Of a stretch of 64,000 nucleotides of DNA, positions 12,066-23,400 are shown in pieces (within the stretch, counting starts at the first letter, position 1; each line of letters begins with the position of its first letter). The notes below the pieces were generated by a model. It was not told where the DNA came from. It saw only the letters and a program-made list of their open reading frames with translations, and did not search any database. The stretch comes from Macrostomum lignano (lineage: Eukaryota), in the NCBI GenBank assembly GCA_002269645.1, contig NIVC01000903.1, positions 486,885 to 550,884 on the forward strand, in the 5' to 3' direction. The translations under genes were made by a program, and so were the position numbers.

Positions 12066-13118
12066 TCACTCAACATATTCATTGCTAATGTCTTTGCACT
12101 TCTGCCAGAAATTTACCAGGCCTCTGTTTCCAGAACTCACACCATTTGTATCTGTTTGACGAACAGCTTGACTGCATGCAACTTGGATGTGCTCAACGCT
12201 GTCAAATTGAATGCCTCGAAGGTGCTTCTTCACAGAATGAAATAAGAAAAAGTTGCATGGCAACAAATCAGGCAAATAGGGTGGATGTTGGAGCACTTCT
12301 CAGCCCCATTTGCTCAGGAGTTCCACAACGTTGTGCTTGCAATGTGCTGGCGCATTGTCGTGCAGCAGAATCATGCTAGGTTCCAGCAGACCAGGGGCGC
12401 TTCTTTCCTATTGCTGGGCGCAACTCCTGCAGTATCCACTTTTAGTAGTCCCCATTGACGGTGGTTCCTTGTGGGACTGCCCAGTTCAGCAGGATTCCTT
12501 GGGAATAAAAAACATGACGTGCATGATCTTCAGCGCACCCTGCTTCCTGATGGCTATCTGAGGTCTTGGAGAATATGCTGGAAGCCATTCGGCAGACTGG
12601 GCCTTTGTCTCAGGATCCCAGCTGTAAACCCACGTCTCGTCTCCAGCAACAATTCTCGATAGAAAATCCTCCCCTTCTCGATGGAACCGACACAGGTGGC
12701 TGCTTGAAGCCAGAGTTCACTGCATCTTTTGCTCACCTGTCAGCAGGTGTGGCACCCACTTGCAGAACTTTTTCTGCAGGTGAAGACGCTCAGTCAGAAT
12801 TGTGTGGACGCTTCCTGCTGACACACCAACGTCTTCTCCCAACTCTTCGCAAGTCCGTAGCCGATCATCATCCAGGAGCTCTTGTACTTTCTTCACAACA
12901 GTCTCATAGGTTGCAGTCATCAGCCTTCCAGAGCGATCATTGTCCCCAACGCTCTCTCTTCCCTCAGCGAACAGCCGGTACCATTTTCGAAATGTCTGCT
13001 CAGTTGGTGCACAGTTGCCAAGCACTTGCTGAAGCTCCCTAAACATATCCGGTGGCTTTTTACTTGCAGAAACTGAAACTTCATCAAGCTTTGAATGTCT
13101 TACTTTGAAAATGATTCA
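12066..13118 (-). pseudogene. Mariner transposase pseudogene
   Basis: Fragments GRESVGDNDRSGR..KWVPHLLT (12717..13046) and HPPYLPDLLPCNFFLF (12066..12296) are broken by stops and frameshifts. The N-terminus reads (I)AESFSK*DIQSLMKFQFLQ. Confidence 0.85.
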
Positions 13119-13126
13119 GCTATGGC

Positions 13127-13400
13127 CCTGATTGCAGCGCATGGGCATTTTGGCGGACGGCGTCTGGCGCGATTCTAATACGGCGCGGCGCGTACGGCGC
13201 GCGGCAATTAGTACGGCGCGGCGCGGTACTAATTAGATGCCGAGGCATTTAGCCTTGATAAGACAGTCATAGTTACTCCTGCCGTTTATCTAAAACTGCG
13301 TTAATTTTGCTTTAGGGTTTCTTTCACAGGTAAGTCATTTCACAGCGTGGCGCAGGTTGTGTAGGCGTCTGGCGTACTTAAGCCATGCGCTGCAATAGGG
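13127..13400. mobile_element. MITE (about 274 bp) nested in mariner
   Basis: 18-bp imperfect TIRs (CCTGATTGCAGCGCATGG / CCATGCGCTGCAATAGGG). Flanking direct repeat GCTATGGC(C) at 13119 and 13401. Internal CGGCGCG repeats. Confidence 0.75.
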
Positions 13401-14298
13401 GCTATGGCCAAGAAATTGAGTGGTAGCTGATAAAAATGTTTGCTGCTCTAAACATAGTTGCAAACTGAGGCTAAAAACCCTAGGAACATTTAGGCCATAG
13501 ACATAACTTGGTGAAATCACTAAAATTCTGTTTACAATGCTTTCTAAAAATAAATGCCAAAGGACCAAAAAGAACTATTTGAATACACCTCATATATATC
13601 ACTTTTAGTTTATGATCACCTAAACATATATTGCCTATTGAAATAATTGTGAACTAAAGCTGGCTATAAAAAAGTGTCAAATATAACAAATAGTCACCAT
13701 ATGCAGAAAACTGCTGCTCATTCTAGATCAAAGGCATCAAAATCCCCCTTTACCTTTGCATCCCCCTTACCTTTGCACCCTCTCTCCTTTGGTTTATGAT
13801 TACTTCCACATATGCAATCTGCTAAAATGATCGCAGTCCAAAGCTGGCAATATTACCTTTACCCTAAGTGCATGTGCATTACATATAATATTAATTTTAA
13901 CCCAGTTTCAGTTCAGTTTCAGTTTCTATTTGCATTACACATTCAAATGATCATATACCAAAGCTGATATATAAGCATCATCCAATAAACTGCACTTTCA
14001 ACTTTGTGTATTTTAAGTTTTACTAGTATTTTTTCAAATGGAAAATTATTGATTTTTGCATTTTTTCAAAGAGTTATAGTACAAAACCAAGCAAACCTTT
14101 TTAATAAGATTTGTTCCACAGCACAGTGCAATCAAACTTTTTTGATAAGATTCATTCTGGTATAGGCATGCCATGATCCTGACTATAGGGCTACAGCTAT
14201 AATTATAAGTACTATAATATATAAAACTAGTATTTATTTTATTTACTGTGCAAATAACAAGTACTAGTATTTTAGGATCTTTATTTATTTGTCTTCTA

Positions 14299-15126
14299 CG
14301 AGAGGTGTCCCAAAAGTTCCCGGAATGTCTAACGTAGCTCTTCAACAGAGCCATGAAATTTCACGCCCATGGTGTCAAATGAAAAGAAATTTTGTCACAA
14401 AGAATACAAAGTTAAAATCATGTTGATATCTTTTTTTATTCAAGAGCTACAGCAAGAAACGTGCGCAAAGGTCATGGGTAGTGTTACACAACCTCAACAA
14501 TCTATGGCAATAATTTTTTCATCTCCATTTTTGGAGTTTTTCATTTTGAATTCGTGCTACTGACGTGTTAGAAAGACGTGGTAGTGTCTATGGAAAAAAG
14601 CAGAAATGCTCATAAAGCTAATCTGAGCTTTTGCGCGAGTGCAGATAATTCGTACCAAGCGCTTGCTTTCAACTTGAAATTTCTTTGCGAAAATGAGTTC
14701 TCTTCAGAGCCTTGAAAGTCAGCAAAGTCAAGTTTTTGCCCTTTGGTCAGTAGGATGGAGTAGAGCCAAGATTTCTAACCACTTATTCTCCATCCACGGT
14801 GAGAACAGCCTGAAAAAACTGCAATTTACGGATGGATTGAACGCTTTAGAGTTGGCCAGTCTGCTGTGAATGAATTCAAAATGAAAAACTCCAAAAATGG
14901 AGATGAAAAAATTATTGCCATAGATTGTTGAGGTTGTGTAACACTACCCCTGACCTTTGCGCAAGTTTCTTGCTGTAGCTCTTGAATAAAAAAAGATATC
15001 AACATGATTTTAACTTTGTATTCTTTGTGACAAAATTTCCTTTCATTTGACACCATGGGCGTGAAATTTCATGGCTCTGTTGAAGAGTTACGTTAGACAT
15101 TCCGGGAACTTTTGGGACACCCCTCG
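14299..15126. mobile_element. Non-autonomous mariner-type element with 255-bp TIRs
   Basis: 14299..14553 is a near-perfect inverted copy of 14872..15126. The ends read ta|cgagaggtgtcccaaaag and ttttgggacacccctcg|ta. Confidence 0.9.
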
Positions 15127-16989
15127 TAGTTATTTTAGACTAGGGGTTCAATAATATTTAATTTTCAAGATTTTTGAGATTTGCTTTTTTGTCAATACAA
15201 CATAAGATTCAAGTGCTACCAAATTTTTCAATGTCTAATTTGTCAACTATTTTGATGAGTTTGGTTTACCTTACCATGTACTATTGACAAGTTTAGTTAC
15301 TTAACAATAAGTTCACTATTGTCATTGACTAATATATTTACTTTACACTAAAAATTGAAGGACAAAGCCTATTGAGAAGATACATATAGGATAACAAAGA
15401 ATGGTTTTATTTGATATTAATTTTTTATAAGCTGTTAATACCTGCAGATTTTAAAGTCATTGAATTCTAATAATAAATCCCAGGAACTATTTTTGCATGC
15501 ATTTTAAAATCTAAAATCCAAAACCAAGTTAATGGTTGAGATAAGCAAAACTTGGGATTAAATTTGTTTAAAAGGTTTGTTTGTTTAATTTAAATATTTA
15601 TTCTAGTACATATTTAAATAATGAAAGAAAAACTAAACTTATAAATTATAGTTAGTTTATAATTATAATAATTAATTATTGTATAATTTCTTTATGTATA
15701 CTAGTGGCTATGCAATATAGTCTTAGCAACAATGCAATTTATACTAAGAGGTTTTTTGTTCATATGGTAAAGTGTGTATATGTACCCAAAATTTGAAATT
15801 GCACCTTGAAATTGATAACAGAGTGCAATTTAATTGGGATATTATTACCTATTTTGATAAGTAATAAAACTACTTAACTTTGACATGTTAGCTGGACTAA
15901 GTTAAGAGTCTTCAACCTTCTACAGAGAGTAGGCTGCATTAATAACTGGCTTGGGGTCTGCAGGCTACATGCTCCCCCCTCCCTCCCAACCCTTTTAACC
16001 CCCAACCCACACCTTTGCCTTGAATCTTACTGATATTAGCTAGCATTCTTTCTTACTTTCATTTCTACTCTTGACTGCATGTATATTTGTATACTAGGAG
16101 TAGTTAAAATAGTAATCCAAATGATTTTTAGGGCTGCATAAAATTTTTGAAGGCAACAATAAAACATACATGCCTAACACCTGTCCAACCTGTCTAAACT
16201 AGATAGTTGAAATAGCTGCCAGCCAAGATAAGTTGCAAAATTGAAAATGCTAAAAAAATAAAAAATTGGGTGAAGAAAGAAAGGAAAAGAAAGAAGGGAG
16301 TAGAGAGAAAAAGAAAGAGGACAAAGAAAGAAAAAAAAGAGAAAAAGGCAAGAAAAGTCATATACAAAGTGAAAATTAAGTCCCAATTGGAGAAATTAAG
16401 TTGTAATTGAAAGGAACTAAGTTGCAAATCTGGACAAAACTAAGTTGTACTGGATAGGTGAAATTTTAAGGTTGGGCATATATGCAGTGAAATCTGGTGA
16501 TAGAAGGTACATAGTCAAGTTTAGTTATATAGTCTTGGTAGGCCACATGTAATGCAAACTACTAAAAGTTGCCACAAGCTAAAAAAGGGCTTGCAGGCCA
16601 AAGGTTGGAGCCCCTAGACTAAATACTATCATTATAACTGATCCCATAGCTAAAGAAAAAATGTTGTAGATTCTTAAGCTAAAGAAAATTTGCTTCAAAA
16701 GCTCACTTAAGTAGAGGATATAATGTCTATGCTAACAACTAAAATCAATTAAAGAGCAAGTTCCATGTGCAGAAAAAACAGTTACAATTTTTAATTGTCT
16801 TTCATACAGAAAGGCTATCAAACTTTTCAAATTAATAATTTTGAATTTGACAAAAACTGCTTAAAGCTTTTTGGGTATCTTAATAAATATAAAGTAAAGA
16901 GAATTATTGTTTGATTTTTATTCATTTTTATTTTATATATAATATAATTAGATATATAATATATAGTGGATTCTTAACCCACTCGGAAC

Positions 16990-17200
16990 AATTTGTGTCC
17001 TTGAGCAAGACACTTAACACTGCATTGTTTCAGTTCACCCAGCTGTAAAATGGGTGCCAGCATTAGCTGGGGTAATTGAGTGTGTGTGGCAACCCCAGTC
17101 CTTGGACTGAACAGCCATAAGCAGCCTTAGATGTGCCACGCAATAGCTGTGGCTGACCTATTGGTTGCACATCTGCCCATGTGCCCATTGAAGTTGGTTA
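16990..17200 (+). mobile_element. 5'-truncated CORE-SINE-like fragment
   Basis: tgtgtccttgagcaagacacttaac..cagttcacccagctgtaaaatggg resembles the MIR/CORE consensus (gtgaccttgggcaagtcacttaac..catctgtaaaatggg). The 3' end is approximate. Confidence 0.6.
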
Positions 17201-17495
17201 CATTTGGATTAAACATTGTCTACAAATATAGCTAATACCCCAATGAGGTCTCTGAAGCCATTTTTAGATATTTTTATACCAAACTATCTCATTCTGTCTC
17301 ATGTCATATAAAGGCTCTCCAAATATTAGGTACATGTCATTTTTTATGGAAACTACCTGGCATATAACACTAGCCAGCTAATATTGAATTATGCAAGCAA
17401 TTAATAAATTTATCTTTATCAAGAAGTCTATCTTAAAACTGTAAAGAATTTCAGTAGCTAAAAATTCAGTTTCAGTTTTAATGATTATTTTTCAG

Positions 17496-20400
17496 GGAGA
17501 CCCTGAGTCATTGATCATCACACCGCAGAGCTTTGCAGCACTGCTAGGTGGCAGCTTTCAGGTGAGAAATTGTATATTTATTTAGAGAACTATGGATTAA
17601 TAAACAGAATTTATCTAATAAAAATGGATCCAAAAGTAATTTCTTATTTGCATTCAGTCTAGAGAGACTTTTATAAAGCAAAAAATGAACTTAGGTCCTA
17701 GTTTGGTCAGGTTATTTTTCTGTACCAACAGCAGTGAATTCAACTTTATCAATTAAATTAAGCTGCTGCTGATCGACTGCCGCTCGTTCCTTGAGTTCAA
17801 CACCAGCTGCATACGCGGCGCTATCAATGTGTGCTGTTCGCGGCTTGTTAGGAAACGTCTGCAACAGGGCAAGGTGAGGAGTAACATGTGTTGTGTAATA
17901 ATTGGCAAATATATTGTTCAAAATTGATTTATGGAGTCGGCCACTTATGTGATCAACGAGTGTCCAGTGAGACATAACGGTAGAAATTAAAATAAAAGCC
18001 ACAGATTCTATATTATCTATATGTGTCACTCGCAGCATTCTCCCAGCACTCCCCCACAGACACCCCCACAGGCCACAGACACTGGGTGCTGCTAATGCTT
18101 GAGAGCAGCAAAATCTTTACTCTATGGTCCTAACCCTCAGGGTTTTCGCGCTGCGGGCCAGGCGGCTAGAGTGACATTAATCTGAGATAAAGCCTGCATG
18201 AGCTGTCATAATCTATGGGCCAAAAGTACGAGCTAGATGCCCGAAATCTGCTTTGAGCTGCTTTGGCATTTTATATTTAGATAATTCTCTTGGTTGAACA
18301 GTGGCCTATCCAGGACGTCAAGGTTGAGGCTGATCTCTCCCGTGGGAAAAAATAAATCTTTGTGCTCAATCGTCAATTGGATATTTTTCATTTTACGAGG
18401 GAGAGAGAAGCTTCTCAAGCCAGATTCAATATTTTCTACCGCCGCTACGCGCCACCATTTGATGCGGATAGTGTTACGCCCGCCTGCTTGTCATAGAGAG
18501 GGAGGTTGGGAGGTTTCGGTTGGTAGCAAATAATAAGTGATAAAATCGCATATCCGATCCGATTAAACTAAATCTCCGCTGAGGTCTCCTACCCTGCCTC
18601 ATAGTATGCGTCACCCAACATTGCGGTTTGGCGTAGCGCCTCCCCCCACCCTCCAAGATCAAGGCCAATAATGCCGACCGTGTGCAAAATGACGTCAGCG
18701 TGTGTTGCAGTCGTGCGCGTAAATGTTAGCTATAAAATATATTTAATCGTATAGTCCTATGCCTGTTAGCATAAGCTGTTATATACATGTGTGTGATTCG
18801 CTTGTTATAGCAACCTTTAACAGCTACTTGTTATCCAGCGCAGTCTGTGTTCTGACTATTCTGACTCATTCTGCATAGAGTGCACGCATTAAGCGAGGCT
18901 CTTTCAAGGTCAAAAACGCTTTTTTTAACTAACCCCATTTAACCAAGTAAATTTCTGATAGGAGCATTTTCAACTGGGATGATCAATAATTCATTGTTCA
19001 TTATGAGCATTTCCAACTATGTAATCAATGTTTATTATGAGCATTTTCAACTAGGTGATCAATGCTCATTATGAGCATTTTCAACTGCGATGATCATTGC
19101 TCATTATGAGCATTTTCAACTGCGATGATCATTGCTCATTATGAGCATTTTCAAATTGGGATGGTCATTGCTCATTATGTTCATTTTCAACTGGGATGAT
19201 CATTGCTCATTATGGTGATAAGGGGCTCTTAATTGGAATGACTATTACTAGTATCGGGATTTTTAGCAGGATGGCCATTGCTCGTATTGGGATTTCTAAA
19301 GATGACTACTTCTCATATTGGGATTTTTGATGGGGATTTCGAGATCAAATCTGCTCAGTTCCTCGGAATGCTCAGCTCATACGCAGATTTTCGTGGAGGC
19401 CGGTGGGTTGGGAGATTTTCGCCGGATTAGAGGCATCTGTTGCTATTAGCTAGTCCCGAGGGATGTTCTGTAAATTTTTTTCCGGCTTATTTGCTATTCA
19501 TATCTTCACTTACTTTTCTGTGTGTATAACAAAAATCATCTATCCTTTTATTACTGCATTCTCAAATATTGATTGCGCAACCAATTTGCATGTTTCTGAG
19601 TAACTGATTTTACATGTATAATACTGTTACAGAAGGGCAGGCTGTTTGTGCGTGTATAGAATGTGTCATCGAGCTTGCTATGTTAGATTAGCTACTTAAT
19701 AATAGTGAGCTGTAGTGGCTTAGGTAAGCCTGGACAATTGAGAATTGTGTGAGAACTATAAACGATTACTCACACTTAAGCTAAACTGCAGAGACCGAAC
19801 ATTCGTGCGTGTGAATAATTTCACGTTTACCTTGCGGGTACGCGGCTGGCTGGCCATACACCCTAGATCCATTGATTTCCCCATTACTGTAGAGTATCCA
19901 TATTGAGTTTATAGTTGTTTTTTGTAGAGTAGTGAATCCCGGATGGCTTGTGTGACACACATGATTGACAAACTTGTCCGATATGGGTAAGGCGTTAGTT
20001 TCTGTTTATTTACTCTGCGTAAATTAATGAAGTATGATGGTTAAATATGGTATTTGCGTTCTATAGGGGCCGTAGTCTAGTGTTTTAGTGCCTAGTGCCC
20101 AGGCTCGATTCCAGGTGTAGTTGCATTAATTTTGGGCTAAATCGGAATCTCAGCTTGGGTCTGCTTGTGCAATTAACGCCATTGAGGGCCAACCCCCACA
20201 AGGCACAGTGAAGTGTACATGCCTAACCATAAATAAAAGTTAGGGCCGCTGTACAGATCCTGTGTGAGTGTGTGCCTGTGCGGATGACTGCTCAGGGGAG
20301 TCGACGGAATGGGCAATAATGCCTCTCGCAGGTATGTATGTGACAGTGACAATGTCGATTATTAAAGTGCACCAGGGTGCATGTAGCTCCCTGTCTTTAA

Positions 20401-23400
20401 TAAAGAAATAACGTCTTATACTACTGAAATATAAGTAGAAATAAGAGATAGATTCCGTATTATGAAATGAAATTTATGAAGAACGCTGGCTCATACAGGG
20501 AAGTAAAGAAATTTCAGTGCAATGTGTTTTTGTTTACTTCACTTAACATCTAAAAATAGTAGTTTGTAAAGTGTCAGATGGAGCTTACTTCGCGTTAGTC
20601 TGCTTGCCCGCGACAACTGAAAATAAGAATACGCGAAATCGATAGCCCCTATAGCAGGCAAGGTGCGTGTTTACCTTACCTTATTGTACCTGCGCTGTGC
20701 ACCTGACTGACTGACTCATCGGCCCGCACTGCTATAGCCTCGATAGCCTGCTTATTGCTAGAAATACTTCAACTTAGATTTCCTGTTTGCGTCTCCTGCT
20801 GCCAAATATAGATAGAATTATTGTTTTAAGTAATCTTAAGTAAAATCCCGAGGGCAACGCGTGTTGATTAACCGTTTTTTAATTATTATGGTGCCTGTGA
20901 TTATCAAAACTGTTAATTAGATTTAACCATCTTTATTTTAATAGAAATTTCTCGAATACAGAGTGTTCGGCCCGTTAATAATTTGTTGTCTCAAGGCTAG
21001 TTCAAGTTTCCAATTGAATTTTATTTAGTAAAAGAAGCGACCATGAAATCTGGGAAGTCTACGAAAAAATGCCAAAATTGCTAGAATTATGCTTTCGCTC
21101 TACTATAAGTAGCGTTTATTTTTAAGCGATTGATTAGTAAGATATTTAAATTCAGTTTTATTGACTGCATTTAGCTGCGCAATCCAATGCGTGACCTGTC
21201 GCGCCCTCATTTTTTACCCAATTCACTTCAAGCAGCTTCTCCTCCCTCGGGCCGGACAATTACGTAATTGAGGGGAGTGGGCGAGCGTGTGTTTTTCTTT
21301 CTTACTTCTCTCCTCTCCTCACTCACTCCGCGCATCATCGTCACTTTGTGGCGGTGACTAATGCTTAATGCTGGGCTTGGGCCGCGGTTTTGCCTCGATT
21401 GACCTCCCTTTTCTTCTCTTTTTTTTCTAACCCGCAAATCTTCCTGTTTCCCTTGGGAGACTTCTGGTAAGCATAAGTCCTGGCATATCGAGTCACGGTG
21501 CGTATGCGCCAACTATATGGGGCATATATAATGTTATTTCTCTCAATTTTTATGTTTTATAGGCTCTCCAATCCCTATTCCCTTGAGCGGTTTCTTAAAT
21601 TTTTGTCTACCTGGCTTTAGCCCCCCTCCCCCGAGCTCTTGCGTTGCATAATAATAATCCCACTAACGGATGCTGGGCTTTGGGATTTGAGAATCCGGTG
21701 CTCAGGCAGTTGAATTGAACAGTTTAAAAAACTGTTTATTGGTACGCGTTGCCACTGCACGGCCGTTGTCAGCGCTTGTATAATAATAATAATAATATTA
21801 ATAGTTGTGTGTAAAGAGTGAGTCAACGTATTTATTGCTTGGGCGTATGGCATTGGGAAATGGGAAAGGAAAGAAAATGAAAGGGATGAGGGAGAGACAT
21901 GGGAGGAAGAGAGAGAGCGAGGGGGGTGTTCTGGGTTGTGACCTTAGCTGGCAGTGCTTCAGCTGGGGAATTGCTCTGCATTATAGTCACTTTGGTGCTT
22001 AAAGTGGCTGCTGATTCGTGTCACCAATTCTAATTGAATTGAACCGGGAGCGTTGGCTAAACAGAAGACTGTACGATCTTTTAGATTGCCTGATTCCTAG
22101 TCTGGGAGGATGAGTGACCTTGTGTAGGCTTACTACGAGGGTCACTCAGAAAGTTCTTAGCTTGAACACGAAAACAGCAACAAATGAACTAAAAAACGAC
22201 TACAAGTGCTCAAAATACTCTCCACCGGCATTGATACAGGCTTGCATCTTGTGAAACCAGCTGTCGAAGCACTGCCGCCAATCCTCATCCCGGAGCTCCT
22301 CGATGATGTTTTTAAACTCATTCACAGCTTCTTCCGGTGAAGAAAAGACCTGGCCCTTCAGAATCTCCTTGCACTTCGGAAACAGAAAAAAGTCGCACGG
22401 TGCCAGGTCTGGACTGTAAGCAGGGTGAGTCATCAGCTGGACCCCACAGTCAGCCAGAAACTCCAGAGTTGGAGCCGCCGTGTGCGCGCTGGCGTTGTCG
22501 TGGTGCAGAAGCACCCCGCGCATTCCGCACCTTGGGCGCCTCTGGCTCACAGCAGAAAAGACCTTGGGCAGGCAAACCGTTGTGTACCAGTCAGCGGTGA
22601 CTGTCTGGCGATCTTTAAGTGAAACGGAAGCCACATACCCAGTGCGCATCAAGAAACAGGCCACCATCTGCTTGCCGACACTCCGGCTGCGTCGAAACTT
22701 TGTGGGGCTGTCCTCGTCTCCAAAGGTCCACATGGCTGACTGGCGCTTGCTTTCGGGGTCGTATTGATAAATCCAGGTCTCATCGCCCGTGAGGATGTCC
22801 CAGATACGCCGGCTGGTCCCGGATTCGAATTTCTGCAGCATGAATCGGCACCAAGCCACCCTGGTGTCCTTCTGCACTTCCGACAGCTGATGGGGGATCC
22901 ACCGGGAAGCCAGCTTCCGCACTCCAAGGTGTTCGTGCATAATGGCGTGCACACTCCCCGATCCAATACCGATCTCCTGTTGGATCTGCTGGTAGGTCAC
23001 TCGCCGGTCAGCGGCAATCATGCTGGACACAGCGCAGATATTTTCTGGAGTCACTGCGTCACAGGGTCTCCCGGATCGATGTTCATCTTCGAGGCTTTCT
23101 CGACCTCGGCGAAACTCAGCGAACCAGTTTTTGACGGTTGCGTATGAAGGACATACATGGGTGAAAACGTTCTGTAAAGTTTGATACGATTCGGCCGGCG
23201 ACTTGCCTTGCTTGAAGTGCAGGTACATCATTGCTCTGAAGTCGCGATTTTCCAGCTTCATTGTTTAATTGAAGAACTCAGGGGGTGAACTGACTTTAAC
23301 TCGCTGCAGTGGACTCAAAAGTGGCTGCTTCTGTTTGAAATTTTTGCTGCGATACTTTTAAAAGTTGGTCTTTACCATAGACAAATTTCATGCTTCTACG

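Larger units (their letters stand above)
11973..13592 (-). mobile_element. Decayed mariner element with nested MITE
   Basis: Imperfect TIRs (ta|caatgtgtattcaaaaagttctttt versus ta|tgaggtgtattcaaatagttctttt) with TA flanks and transposase remnants inside. Confidence 0.85.
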
